Notes: generated by a model not told the origin, from the letters alone. A stretch of 64,000 bases of DNA from Myxococcota bacterium (GCA_039030515.1 JBCCEA010000016.1:1-64000), one strand, 5' to 3'; positions 19,558 through 29,937 are shown, counted from the first letter of the stretch. A program made the numbers and translations.

Positions 19558-21171
19558 ATGCTTCCTCTACCAGCGGACTCAGCGCGGTGGATCTTTCTCT
19601 GCAGCGTACTTCTCTTCGGGACCGGGCTCATGAACGCGTCTGCGTGGACCATCACCCTCGGAGGCTGCCTCACCCTTATTCTCGCGACCAGCTTTGCTCG
19701 GACAGTGCCTTTGGGGCGCAAAGCCCGCAAACAAGGGCTTGAGTTTGCTTGGTGGCTCGAAATGCCAAACCCAAAAGTGCGCGCCAGAACCGTTATCTCT
19801 GAAGCCCCTTTTGAAGTTCACTGTTACGTCCGCAATCAGAGCTCAAACACCCTTCGTTTGAGAAATGTTCGACCTCGATTCATCGACGGAGTCCAACTGC
19901 TCGACGATCCCACCGGCTCGCTGCGACTTTCGCCAAGGACAGAGACGGAGTTCACGTTGAGACTGGCAACTCGGGCAGCAGGCCGTGTCGTTCTGCACGG
20001 GCTCGAGGCAGCTCTCGAGGACTCGTCTAGGCTGTTCGTGGTGCCGCTTTATTTTCCGAATCCGCTCACAATCCGAGCGCTACCGCATGGCTCATGGACT
20101 GCGCAAAAACTTAAATCGAGATCGGGCGAAACCCGAGGTCTCCAATTAGATCAGCCCTCGGGCCGCCGCGGCAGGGGTACCGAGTTGTTCGAACTGCGAG
20201 AACTCGCTCCGGGTGACTCGTTCGGGTCCATTGCATGGAAAGCCAGTGCGAGACGCGATCGACTGATGGTTCGGGAGCCGGAACGTGATGTACAGGAAAC
20301 CCTTTGGACGGTGGTGGACGTCAGTGGATCCATGCGCATGGGAACTCGTGGGCAACGCAAACTCGACTTTGCGATCGAGATCGCCGCGGCCGCGATCCGG
20401 AGAGGTATCGACCGGGGGGGCCGCGTAGGGTTGATCGCTTCTAGCCAACGCATCGTCACCCAGATTTCCCCATCGGACGGGCGCCTACACCTGCTCCGTT
20501 TGCTCGACGCCTTGACGGACGCCACCGAGCCGACCGAGGAGGATCTTGAGGAAATCGAAAAAGAGGAGCTCGCAAACCTCGTCGCGAACTACATGCTCCG
20601 TCAAGACGGAGTCGACTTCCGCGGCCGTAAAGGTAAGAGCCCGAGAGATCTCGACGCTCTTGCGCGCCATGTCCGCCGCGCACTGCCGGACGAGCCGCGA
20701 CCCTGCGCGATCGCCCCCGAGGACGCTGCCCAAACGCTCCGTCGTTTTTGTGTTGCACGAGCCATCCCAGTTCCCCATCGACAGCTCTCGCCTGCGAAGG
20801 GAACCAAAGGCGCCGCACTCGCGCAGGCGCTCCACAGGGCATCAAGCGCTCGAGACGGTCCATGTTCGATCCTGATGGTCAGCGACCTCGATTCGATCGA
20901 GCCTTTTAACCCGGTGCTCGCTGCCCTTCGTACGGCACGTCATCGGACACGCGACATCACCTGCGTTCTCACGGATGCATCGAGCTCGATAGGAGACGGT
21001 CCTTTGAGCGCACTGAGGAACGCATTAAACGGTGCACTTCAGCGTAAAGAGCATCGGCGACTTTCCCAGATGCGTGCTGTCCTGAGTCGATCTGGAATCC
21101 CTTCAACGGTTGCGCGAAGAGAGCCGCCCGCAGACGTGATCTACCGAGCACTGAAACGCAGTAACGCCTAG
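19558..21171 (+). CDS. DUF58 domain protein with vWA-like MIDAS
   Basis: ELFELRELAPGD..IAWKASAR..LMVRE; DVSGS; follows moxR. Confidence 0.88.
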   Translation: MLPLPADSARWIFLCSVLLFGTGLMNASAWTITLGGCLTLILATSFARTVPLGRKARKQGLEFAWWLEMPNPKVRARTVISEAPFEVHCYVRNQSSNTLRLRNVRPRFIDGVQLLDDPTGSLRLSPRTETEFTLRLATRAAGRVVLHGLEAALEDSSRLFVVPLYFPNPLTIRALPHGSWTAQKLKSRSGETRGLQLDQPSGRRGRGTELFELRELAPGDSFGSIAWKASARRDRLMVREPERDVQETLWTVVDVSGSMRMGTRGQRKLDFAIEIAAAAIRRGIDRGGRVGLIASSQRIVTQISPSDGRLHLLRLLDALTDATEPTEEDLEEIEKEELANLVANYMLRQDGVDFRGRKGKSPRDLDALARHVRRALPDEPRPCAIAPEDAAQTLRRFCVARAIPVPHRQLSPAKGTKGAALAQALHRASSARDGPCSILMVSDLDSIEPFNPVLAALRTARHRTRDITCVLTDASSSIGDGPLSALRNALNGALQRKEHRRLSQMRAVLSRSGIPSTVARREPPADVIYRALKRSNA

Positions 21172-21226
21172 GGTACGTGGCGCCATCTCGATCCGTATTG
21201 AAGTGTCTACATCGTCGAAAGCCAGG

Positions 21227-21242
21227 TGGCACTTGTACTGCA
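21227..21242 (+). promoter_or_regulatory. Possible sigma54 (-24/-12) promoter upstream of rsmA
   Basis: TGGCACTTGTACTGCA = GG-N10-GC, close to the TGGCAC-N5-TTGC consensus. Confidence 0.35.
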
Positions 21243-21273
21243 CTCCCGTAAAACTCCGCCTTCTGGGACGCTC

Positions 21274-22155
21274 ATGACACAAAACAGGGCAGAGTTTCCG
21301 CCGTGGGAAGATCCAAGGCGTACCCTAAAACGGCACGCTCTCCGGCCGAAGCGCTCTTTCTCTCAGAACTTTCTCATCTCTTCCTCCATTTGCGACCGCA
21401 TTGCAGCGGGGATTCCTTTTGAGGCTGGTCGAACGATCGTCGAACTTGGACCAGGATTGGGAACCCTCACCCGAACGCTGCTTCGAACCGCTCGCCACGT
21501 CATCGGGGTCGAGCGGGACCGAGACATGATCGCCGTTCTGCACAAGGATCTCGTCGAAACCGATTGCCGATTCGAAGTTCGGGCGGGTGATGCCGCTGAA
21601 CTGAACCTCAGCGAACTCGCCGCCGAAACCGGAGTCTCTGTCGACGTCGTAGGAAACCTGCCTTACGCATCCACCGGTCGCATTTTGAGAAACCTGACGC
21701 GCCACCGAACGGCAGTGCATTCGGCGATTCTGATGGTGCAGCGCGAGGTCAGGGATCGACTCGTTGCGGTCCCTGCAACGAAGGAATACGGGGCGCTTAG
21801 CGTCTTCGTACAGGCCAGTTTTGCAGTGTCCACCATCGCCAAGGTTTCTCGCACCGCGTTTCATCCACCACCAAAGGTCGAAAGTGCGGTGGTCGCCCTG
21901 CTGCCGAACACCCCGCCTCTCGCGGAAGAACACGAGGGGCTTCGTCGTGTGGTCCGCGCGTCCTTCCAAAAGCGGCGAAAGACACTCCGCAACGCACTGC
22001 TGGGTAGGGGCTGGTCGCAGGAGGAGATCGACACCGCGCTCCAAACCTGTTCTATCGACGGTCGGCGGCGCGGCGAAACGCTTGCTGTCGAGGAGTTTGC
22101 GCTACTCGCCGAAAGCCTGCCGAGCGTCCAGCCCGAGCCACCACCCCAAGACTGA
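21274..22155 (+). CDS. rsmA: 16S rRNA m6,2A dimethyltransferase RsmA/KsgA
   Basis: FSQNFL, VELGPGLGTLT, VGNLPY, MVQREV, FHPPPKVESAV, RRKTLRNAL. Confidence 0.96.
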   Translation: MTQNRAEFPPWEDPRRTLKRHALRPKRSFSQNFLISSSICDRIAAGIPFEAGRTIVELGPGLGTLTRTLLRTARHVIGVERDRDMIAVLHKDLVETDCRFEVRAGDAAELNLSELAAETGVSVDVVGNLPYASTGRILRNLTRHRTAVHSAILMVQREVRDRLVAVPATKEYGALSVFVQASFAVSTIAKVSRTAFHPPPKVESAVVALLPNTPPLAEEHEGLRRVVRASFQKRRKTLRNALLGRGWSQEEIDTALQTCSIDGRRRGETLAVEEFALLAESLPSVQPEPPPQD

Positions 22156-22173
22156 AAGGATTAGGCCGAAGTC

Positions 22174-22827
22174 GTGCCGCAAAAAACCCACACATGGCTT
22201 CCCGCCCGAAGCGCTTGCGTGAAGACGTACGACGGGTGCATCGAGCGTCGTGCGCATACGGAACGCGGGCAGCCAGGCCGGTCGAGGCGCGCTGCGTTGC
22301 GCTGCCTTGCTACACTAGCCTTCGCTGCATCCACCCAGTGGTCCTTACACAGCAGTCGCGCGTACGCGCAAACGTCGGTCGAATCGACAGACTCGGCACT
22401 GACGGTTGCAGCTCTGGCCCTCGAGGTGGACGACTTGAAGATCGCCCGGTCCGTTGCAAATTTCGGAGATCAAGCAGTTCTCGACGCACTATCGGACGCG
22501 ACCTCTCTTGCAAAACTGGGAGGCATCCGGGGTAGCCGCTGGCTACACGCTCCCGAGGACGCGCTCGAACAGCTGGCGGAGCTCGCGAACTCGAGGGACG
22601 CATTGCTTGCGCCAGAGGCCCTGATCGTCTGCGCCGCGATCATCGAAGCGTTGACTCCAGCTCAGCTGGTCGCGCATGAGACAGATCTTTCAGAGCTCCA
22701 ACGAACGGAGCTCTTGCTCAGGAAGCTTGCCGAGGATCCCGATGTCTTGACCGAGCTGCGGATCACCGCTGCCGAAGCAAGACTGGAGCTCATCGACCGA
22801 CTCCAAACCTTAGACTCCGAACTTTAG
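22174..22827 (+). CDS. Hypothetical exported alpha-helical protein (start uncertain)
   Basis: RR-containing signal-like segment ending AYA; same strand and 18 bp after rsmA. Confidence 0.55.
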   Translation: MPQKTHTWLPARSACVKTYDGCIERRAHTERGQPGRSRRAALRCLATLAFAASTQWSLHSSRAYAQTSVESTDSALTVAALALEVDDLKIARSVANFGDQAVLDALSDATSLAKLGGIRGSRWLHAPEDALEQLAELANSRDALLAPEALIVCAAIIEALTPAQLVAHETDLSELQRTELLLRKLAEDPDVLTELRITAAEARLELIDRLQTLDSEL

Positions 22828-22925
22828 GAAGGGAACATCGCGCAGAAGATGAGTAGCGGTGTCGAAGACGCTGCTTGTTCTCGGCATCATGATGGAGATG
22901 CATCAAGCAGCATCACCCAGACACC

Positions 22926-23654
22926 TCAGTCGTACTTCTCGGTGTGAATACGAGTTCTATCCCAGCTGAGCTCCTCTTTGAGCACGCTGCGTACTTCTTC
23001 GATCATCCGGCTTAGTCCGCAAATGAACGCGTGAGGAGTCGGGTCCTGAGGGAGTGTTTTGAGCACAGAAGCCACATGGGTTTGAACGTAGCCTTGGCGC
23101 TGCGTCGATCCGGCTCGGGGTTTGGAGAGGGTGGAAATGTAGGTAAACCGAGGATGCATGTCTTCGAGTTCCGAAAGCTCGGTCCACCAAAGCTGATCTT
23201 CTTCGTGACGGCATCCGAAAAGCAGGCAGACGGAGCGTTTGCGGTCTGAGGCGAGTTCCGAATGCAGCATGGAACGAATCGGCGTGAGCCCCGTACCCGT
23301 CGCGACAAAGAGCAGCGGCGCATCCAACGGTGCAGCGTCGAGGGTGAACACGCCCCATGGCCCGTCTACCTCGACATCATCCCCCGCCTTGAGACCGTGA
23401 ATCCGGGGAGAGAGCTTTCCCTCTTGAACCTGCGTCACCGCGAGCTCGATCTCTCTGCCATCGGAATACGAGGCCACTGAGTAGGACCTCCAAAGACCAC
23501 TCTCCACGTCCGGGAGATAGAAATTCACCCATTGGCCTGGTTTGTAGTCTAAGCCAGGCTCGCGAAGCGAAAGCGTAAGATGTATAACAGATGGCGACAG
23601 CGTCTTGGTAGCGATCACTCTGGCTGCCAGTCGGTCCCTTGGTGTCCGGCTCAT
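22926..23654 (-). CDS. FAD/NAD(P)-binding oxidoreductase (ferredoxin-NADP reductase-like)
   Basis: YKPGQWV, RSYSVAS, GPWGVF, ATGTGLTPIRSM, FICG, C-terminal EKYD; start probably ATG 23654. Confidence 0.9.
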   Translation of the reverse strand: MSRTPRDRLAARVIATKTLSPSVIHLTLSLREPGLDYKPGQWVNFYLPDVESGLWRSYSVASYSDGREIELAVTQVQEGKLSPRIHGLKAGDDVEVDGPWGVFTLDAAPLDAPLLFVATGTGLTPIRSMLHSELASDRKRSVCLLFGCRHEEDQLWWTELSELEDMHPRFTYISTLSKPRAGSTQRQGYVQTHVASVLKTLPQDPTPHAFICGLSRMIEEVRSVLKEELSWDRTRIHTEKYD

Positions 23655-23926
23655 TCGGAGAAAGGTAGTCAAGCGCGCGAAGAAGTCGAGCGTACTCGTA
23701 CTTGAATTCGAGCAATGTTCCGTGAGGGGTGCATTTCGGGTCGCCCGAGCGGCTCTTGGCGACGTCTTGGAACGCACCATAAACCAGGTCCAACAGCGAG
23801 AAGCGTGGTCCGATAAGCCCGGTTCCTCCTTGGGTTACGCAAACCTGATGCGAACACCTTATTTTTGAAAACCATTGGATCTGCGGGCTCTACGAACTTG
23901 CCTCTAGCCTATCCATTTGGCATCTC

Positions 23927-26014
23927 TTGACGGTGCAATGGGGCCTGCGCGCAGATCGATTCCCTTTCGGCATCTCAGGAAGCCCGCATCCCTGTGCGAC
24001 ATCTCCCCGTGTGACATCGGCTGACGCGGTCAGATACGCCGTTCGTGCAGACGATCCCTGCGGCGAACTGAATCGCTACGCGTGCACCTTCACCTGGGCT
24101 TTGTGCGCGTGCATCGCCTTGGTTGCCTTCGGGGGATGCCCAAAACGACCCTCCAAAATGTCCGCTTTGCCGGCGGTAGTCACAGACGATCCTGAAGCGG
24201 AGCGAGCAATGCGCATGGCTCGTGAAGCAGCAGCTGAAGGTAGGACGAGCGAGGCTGAACAACGCTACCTCGATGTTCTAAGGCAGTTCCCAAACGATCC
24301 ACTCATGGCGGTAGCCAACCTAGGGCTCGGACGCATCGAACTAAGCAGCGAGCGAGTAGACGCTGCACAGCAGCGCTTTATCGCACTGATGGAGCATCCC
24401 GATCGGAGCATCGCAGAGCGAGCTGCGTTCTACTCGGGGATCGCCAACCACCTCGAGGAGCGTCACCAGGCTGCCCTGAACGCGTTGCTTCCTTTCGTGG
24501 ACCGCGTGATCGACCCCGATGAGGTGACCTTGCTTCTTCTGACGATCGCAGATGCGGCGCTACAGTTGGGCGAACGCGTGATCGCCATTCAAGCGCTCGA
24601 TCGTCTCAGCTACTCTGTGGCGCACGAGTCGGAGCGGTACGAGGCCCGTGAGCGGGTAAGCCAAATGATACCAGAGGCGAGTCTGGAAGAGCTCATCACG
24701 CTCCATGAATCCCTACCTCGCCAGGGCTCCGCATGGCCGATCGCGTCCAAGCAACTGGCGATTAAGGAGCTTCGAGCGGGACATCGGTCGGAAGCACTTA
24801 GAATCATCGATCAGCTTGAATCGCATGCACCTCTTGACGAATCGGTCAGTCGCCTGCGAACCCAAGCGGAGGAGACGCATCCCGCAAGATCCCACGTGAT
24901 CGGAGCGATCTTGCCGCTTTCCGGTCGGGCACGGGGCGTCGGACAACTCGCACTTCGCGGCTTGATGCTCGCCGCAGAAGCATCCCGGCAGGGATCGACG
25001 GAACGAGGCGCATCCGAAGTGATCTTTCGTGACGATGCGAGCGATCCCGAACGGGCTGAAAAAGCGGTGGAGGATCTGGTGTCACTTCATCAGGTCATCG
25101 CCATCGTCGGCCCTATCGAGGGGCAAACTTCCAGCGCGGCGGCGATCAGAGCGCAGCAGCTGGGCGTTCCAATCGTCACCCTGACGCCACACTCAGACAT
25201 TACCCAAACAGGACCCATGGTGTTTCAAATGTTCTTCTCTCCGCAAGAAGAGGCTGAAGCGCTCGTCCGTGCTGCGTTGAGTGCCGGCAAGCATCAACTG
25301 CTCTCTCTCTATCCGAACTCACCCTACGGACGTGCGATGGCCAGCGCATTTCGAGACGCGGTGACCGCTTCGGGCGCCAATCTGGTCGGCGAATGGGCCT
25401 ATGTGCCCGGAGAAACCTCTTTCAGCAGCTACCTTGCAGAGATCAACGCCCCGGTGGACGCTGTGTTCCTACCAGACTCCGCCCGAACGATTTCTCTCGC
25501 GGCGCCGGCGATAAAGGCATCCGAACTCAAGGGCGCCTCCGGAGCGCCTCCGTGCGTTATCGCGCCGAGTGTCGGATACGACGAGGATCTGGTCGAGCGC
25601 GCTGGACGCTATCTCGATGGAGCGCTCTTTTCGAGGCCTTTTCACCTAGGTGAGCAGGGTCTCGCGCACACGATCGATCCTACGGAACCGAGCTTCTCGA
25701 TCCGCTTTCAAAACCGTTTCGAACAGCAACCCGACGTGTACTCAGCCTATGCATTTGATGCGTTTAACTTGATCCAACGCTGGACACAGGGTGGCGCTTC
25801 AACCCGACAAGATCTTGCAGCGCGCCTATCCTCCGGAGCTCCCAGCCAGACCATCGGTGCGAGCGGCGGACTGGGCACCGATCGAAGATCACGGGTTTCG
25901 ACACGCATATACGAATTGAACGCGGGAGTTCTTAGGCCGGTTCCGGATGCACGCCTAGCGACCCCGTCCGCCGCCCCACCTGAACGCGTTCGCAGTGGCT
26001 CGCCCGAACCTTGA
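23927..26014 (+). CDS. LppC/LpoA-like lipoprotein (TPR + type I periplasmic-binding fold); true start probably later
   Basis: FGGC lipobox; TPR-like helices; IGAILPLSG, AIVGP, DAVFLPD, AYAFDA. Confidence 0.8.
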   Translation: MTVQWGLRADRFPFGISGSPHPCATSPRVTSADAVRYAVRADDPCGELNRYACTFTWALCACIALVAFGGCPKRPSKMSALPAVVTDDPEAERAMRMAREAAAEGRTSEAEQRYLDVLRQFPNDPLMAVANLGLGRIELSSERVDAAQQRFIALMEHPDRSIAERAAFYSGIANHLEERHQAALNALLPFVDRVIDPDEVTLLLLTIADAALQLGERVIAIQALDRLSYSVAHESERYEARERVSQMIPEASLEELITLHESLPRQGSAWPIASKQLAIKELRAGHRSEALRIIDQLESHAPLDESVSRLRTQAEETHPARSHVIGAILPLSGRARGVGQLALRGLMLAAEASRQGSTERGASEVIFRDDASDPERAEKAVEDLVSLHQVIAIVGPIEGQTSSAAAIRAQQLGVPIVTLTPHSDITQTGPMVFQMFFSPQEEAEALVRAALSAGKHQLLSLYPNSPYGRAMASAFRDAVTASGANLVGEWAYVPGETSFSSYLAEINAPVDAVFLPDSARTISLAAPAIKASELKGASGAPPCVIAPSVGYDEDLVERAGRYLDGALFSRPFHLGEQGLAHTIDPTEPSFSIRFQNRFEQQPDVYSAYAFDAFNLIQRWTQGGASTRQDLAARLSSGAPSQTIGASGGLGTDRRSRVSTRIYELNAGVLRPVPDARLATPSAAPPERVRSGSPEP

Positions 26015-26045
26015 ACGCATAACGACCGGACATGAACACACGCGA

Positions 26046-27341
26046 CTATTGGGATACAAACAAGAACAATCCAACCAGGACGGCGAAACCAAACACCGCC
26101 AATCCCCCGAAAAGCAATCCGCTGGGTCTTCCATTCATCCCAAACCCTTGATCGAAACCTGAAGGGATCGACGACATTCTCTGCGCGGGGAGCTTTGAGA
26201 TGTCCTTTGCGGTCGAAGACGGTGCGATCGAAGGTGCCCTGGACCCCTGTTTGATCCCGGGCTCCGCCTCCAAACTCGACAGTGCCCGCGCCAGCTCCTC
26301 CTCGGAGGTCTCGGACCACTGCACGTAGTCACCACTCAAACCAAGGCTTGAGAGGATTCGATTCGCAAGATCGCCGCAACCCGCAGGACGCTGGGCTTTA
26401 TCCTTACTGAGCGCCTGAAAAAGCGCATCTCGGAGCACAGGCGGTACCCCAGCGAGAGGAGCCGGGTCGTCCTTGACGAGCTTCATTAGAATTTCGGCGA
26501 CGGTCTGTCCTTCAAAGGGGACCCTGCCGGAAAGCATCTCGTAGACGATGGCGGCCATTGCGAAGACATCGGTGCGCTGGTCGACGTCCAGTTTTCCCAT
26601 CGCTTGCTCGGGGGACATGTAATACGGCGACCCGAGGGTGGTCCCGAAGGCGGTAAGCTTGGGCCCGGTCTCCATCTGCAGCTTCACGGAGCCGAAATCC
26701 AGCACCTTGACGTGAACGCCTTGGGGGCTTGAGCTGAGGAATACGTTTTCCGGCTTCAGATCGCGGTGGATCACACCGTACGAGTGCGCGTGCTCCAAAG
26801 CCGTTGCCAGCTGACACACAACTCGAACCACTCGCGATTTCGGCAGGATCGTCGATGCTGAAATAGTCTCGGAAAGCTCCTGCCCGTCGAGATACTCCAT
26901 GATCAAAAAGTAGGATTCGTCTGGAGTCTGTCCGAAATCCGAAACCTGAATGATGTGTCGGTGGTCAAGCTCGAGGGCGGTCTCATACTCTCGCTTAAAC
27001 CGCTCTACAGAAACCGGCTCATTGGCCACGTGCGGGTGGAGAATCTTGATCGCCACGCGCTCGCCGGTCTTCGAGTGCCTTCCTTCGTACACACGCCCCA
27101 TCGCTCCATCGGCAACCCGAGCCACGAGGACGTATTCGCCCAGCTCTTCTCCGAGCCTTGGGTCGACATCCTCTCGATCCTGCTGCTGAACAGAGGCCGC
27201 GGCATCGATTTCGGAGGACGAAACGTCGTCGGGATGACTCGTCCCACACGATGGACATTGCCGGCTCACGCTATGAGACGATAGGCCATTGGAGCCTCTC
27301 GGGGCAAGATGTGTGATGATTTTCGAAAAATTCAGTCCCAC
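26046..27341 (-). CDS. Ser/Thr protein kinase with C-terminal TM (start possibly GTG 27269)
   Basis: GAMGRVY, VAIKIL, HRDLKPENV, DFG, GSPYYMSPEQ; N-terminal CPSCG; terminal hydrophobic helix. Confidence 0.94.
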   Translation of the reverse strand: MGLNFSKIITHLAPRGSNGLSSHSVSRQCPSCGTSHPDDVSSSEIDAAASVQQQDREDVDPRLGEELGEYVLVARVADGAMGRVYEGRHSKTGERVAIKILHPHVANEPVSVERFKREYETALELDHRHIIQVSDFGQTPDESYFLIMEYLDGQELSETISASTILPKSRVVRVVCQLATALEHAHSYGVIHRDLKPENVFLSSSPQGVHVKVLDFGSVKLQMETGPKLTAFGTTLGSPYYMSPEQAMGKLDVDQRTDVFAMAAIVYEMLSGRVPFEGQTVAEILMKLVKDDPAPLAGVPPVLRDALFQALSKDKAQRPAGCGDLANRILSSLGLSGDYVQWSETSEEELARALSSLEAEPGIKQGSRAPSIAPSSTAKDISKLPAQRMSSIPSGFDQGFGMNGRPSGLLFGGLAVFGFAVLVGLFLFVSQ

Positions 27342-27424
27342 TCAAAGCGACATTTGTAGGCCAGAAAACTCAAATCGGCTCTGAGTTGGGAAGCAGGTCA
27401 CGCGAAGCGAGACATCGAGCCAAC

Positions 27425-28090
27425 CTACCACTGCAGCCAGCTCTTACGTGTCACGTCGTGTGCAAGAGTCAGCTCGTCTCCACTGCTGTCAACTACCCGA
27501 AAGCACATCAACGTACCTCCGGCCGCCCCGCCATCCTCTTGCCACGCACCGAGTACGCTCTCGATACCTCGCTCGCGCCCCGCCCGGTGAATCGCAACCG
27601 GAGCATATCCCCATCCGGCGGCAGGCCGTGTTTGCACCTCCACACCTCCCTCGATGGGATCCCAATTCGCTGCGTCCAGCATGCCCTCGATACGCAGCGC
27701 TCGAGCGGTGTCCTCGAAGACATAGGTCACCGCGTCGGACACAGCCCCAGGCGCGAGTACCGCAACCAGGGTGTAGGTGTCGTTGACCCGGCGAACCAGG
27801 AGCTCCCGATGCGTTCCGCTCACGAAAAGCGAAATGCCGACCCCTACAGCCAGATTCTTCAGGGGCTCCACCAGCTGGGCCATCGTCACATTCATTTGCG
27901 CGCCGGCGACCTTCGCGTCGAAGGGCTCGAGTTCGGAGCAGTAGTCGACGCACTCGCCATCGTGATCTACGAAAAGCGCGGCCAAGACTCCGTCGTGACA
28001 TCCCCAAAAACGGCGAAGTATGCTGGTGAAGCCACTTTCCACCTGATCACGTGGCGCCTCACGAACACACTTTACCGCCGGCCTCTTCAC
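27425..28090 (-). CDS. Roadblock/LC7-like domain protein with extra C-terminal beta domain
   Basis: GVLAALFVDHDGECVDY...LLVRRVNDTYTLVAVL roadblock pattern; 4-bp overlap with the upstream gene. Confidence 0.65.
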   Translation of the reverse strand: MKRPAVKCVREAPRDQVESGFTSILRRFWGCHDGVLAALFVDHDGECVDYCSELEPFDAKVAGAQMNVTMAQLVEPLKNLAVGVGISLFVSGTHRELLVRRVNDTYTLVAVLAPGAVSDAVTYVFEDTARALRIEGMLDAANWDPIEGGVEVQTRPAAGWGYAPVAIHRAGRERGIESVLGAWQEDGGAAGGTLMCFRVVDSSGDELTLAHDVTRKSWLQW

Positions 28091-29049
28091 TGTGTCCGAA
28101 GGGAGTGAATCGCCTGATCCACCGCATCTTGAAACCGCTGAACTTCAAAACGCTGCGCAGTTTGCGCAATAAGCTCCTTCGCCACTTCCGAACGACGTTC
28201 GAGCGACATGCGGCGACGTAACCCCATCTCAACCCTTGAAAAAGGGGTCGTCTCCTCGAGCAGAATCTGGTCAAGATATGCCACGTGAAATGCAGAATCA
28301 CTTGCAACTATCTCTTGTAGCGGTCCTCGAATGTCCGCGGCGAATACGGCGGAAGCCAGCTCCGGAGGCAAGGGTCCTCGCTCTTGCTCCACAGGACCGT
28401 GCACGAATACGGTACCCTTTTCACGAAATCGATCGACCACCTGCTGAACATCACGCATGGACGTCGCAGCGTTCATCTCTTGATGCGCCTGCTCTGCGAT
28501 CGCGTATGCCGTCTCGCGCGATAGCTCCAAATCATCGAAGCCAAATCGCAGTTCACGGACCACCCTCCGCTCGGGTCGATGGAAGGAGGATCGCTTTGTG
28601 CGGTAGAGCGACTCCACCTCAGCGAGGGGTATCTGCTCCGGAGCCCTGCCGTTTTCTACGTATCGACGCAACAGGTATTGGACTGCAGCACGTCGCGCCG
28701 CCGTCGCTATCTCTGGTCGCTGATCATATCCTTGAGCGGCAGCGGACTGCGCGAGCAACTCGAACTCGATGAGTCGGCTCATCGCCTCGGCCGGAGATTC
28801 ACCATTTCGAATGCCCGATCGCCGCACGTCCTCAGCGTGGATGGCCACTCCGTTCACTCGAGCTACGATCGTCCCCTGCTCTGCCGAATCGAGCGTCCGA
28901 AACATGATATTCGAACGCTCCCGATCGCATCCCAAAAGCAAGATCAATTGAAGGCAAAACACACAGTGTGGCACTGCGGTCTTTCGAACGTACCTTCCGA
29001 CACGTATCGCAAGGATACGCACACGTCGATTTAGGCATCCTTTCGCCAT
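28087..29049 (-). CDS. PpiC/SurA-type peptidyl-prolyl isomerase lipoprotein
   Basis: LLGC lipobox; IVARVNGVAI, LIEFELLAQ, FHRPERR, LASAVFA, FHVAYL. Confidence 0.8.
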   Translation of the reverse strand: MAKGCLNRRVRILAIRVGRYVRKTAVPHCVFCLQLILLLGCDRERSNIMFRTLDSAEQGTIVARVNGVAIHAEDVRRSGIRNGESPAEAMSRLIEFELLAQSAAAQGYDQRPEIATAARRAAVQYLLRRYVENGRAPEQIPLAEVESLYRTKRSSFHRPERRVVRELRFGFDDLELSRETAYAIAEQAHQEMNAATSMRDVQQVVDRFREKGTVFVHGPVEQERGPLPPELASAVFAADIRGPLQEIVASDSAFHVAYLDQILLEETTPFSRVEMGLRRRMSLERRSEVAKELIAQTAQRFEVQRFQDAVDQAIHSLRTQ

Positions 29050-29066
29050 CCAGTACCTGTCCGTCC

Positions 29067-29261
29067 CTACTCTCCCACGCTCGGACGCAACAGTTCTACA
29101 CCGCTGCCCAACAGCGCAATACCCATCATCGTGCGAACGATCGCTGCAACGTAGTCCTGGCTCCCCAAATCAAGCACCACTACGTAGAATATGCCGAGAG
29201 CAGCTAGCACCAGCGTAGCGCCAGAAACCTCGCGGATCATCAGTTTCAAGATACCTGTCAT
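29067..29261 (-). CDS. Small two-TM membrane protein
   Basis: Two hydrophobic segments; stop 17 bp before the PPIase ORF on the same strand. Confidence 0.55.
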   Translation of the reverse strand: MTGILKLMIREVSGATLVLAALGIFYVVVLDLGSQDYVAAIVRTMMGIALLGSGVELLRPSVGE

Positions 29262-29412
29262 CCAATCAACATCAAGCGCGCCCACCCGCAAATCGCTGTG
29301 CGCCCAAACGATCACGGAATAGTTCAAACTGCTCGGATGCCTCCGTTGAGACTATCTCGACCGAAGCATCTTAAACCGCGATTCTTGTTCAGATCGCGGG
29401 GGGAAGAAGAAC

Positions 29413-29937
29413 GTGAATCTGAAGAACAAAGCGAAAATCACCGTAGGAACTTTGGGAACGATTCTCGTAGCGAGCTTCCATACCGGATTGGCGGCTCAAG
29501 GGCGACTCAATATCGGGGGCGGCAGCGCAAACTATGGAGTCCACAACCTACAAGGTGGGTTCACCCCAGATCCAGCGCAGATCAGCGTCACCTCGGGTCC
29601 CAGTGCCAAAAACAGCGTCAACATAGCGGACCTAAACTTAGGTGCAGGCTGCACCGGACATGCAACCCAAGAACCCGACATCATCGTAAACTACACAGAC
29701 AGCGCAAGTTTCCTGCGTTTTTACGTACAGGGATCCGGCGATACCGCACTCATCGTCAACGATCCGAACGGCAACTGGAGATGTGACGACGATACGGCTG
29801 GGTTGAACCCGCAACTTGATTTCAGAAGTCCAGCGAGCGGGCAGTACGATATTTGGGTCTCGAGCTATGAAGCAGGAGCAAACATCAATGCTACGCTGCA
29901 CGTAACAGAGCTACCCTCAAACCAAGCGCACAACTAA
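29413..29937 (+). CDS. Secreted protein with a pre-peptidase C-terminal (PPC)-like beta domain
   Basis: Signal peptide; GFTPDP...GCTG...PD...GDTALIVNDPNGNWRCDDD...NPQL...SGQYDIWVSSY; G-rich RBS. Confidence 0.75.
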   Translation: MNLKNKAKITVGTLGTILVASFHTGLAAQGRLNIGGGSANYGVHNLQGGFTPDPAQISVTSGPSAKNSVNIADLNLGAGCTGHATQEPDIIVNYTDSASFLRFYVQGSGDTALIVNDPNGNWRCDDDTAGLNPQLDFRSPASGQYDIWVSSYEAGANINATLHVTELPSNQAHN

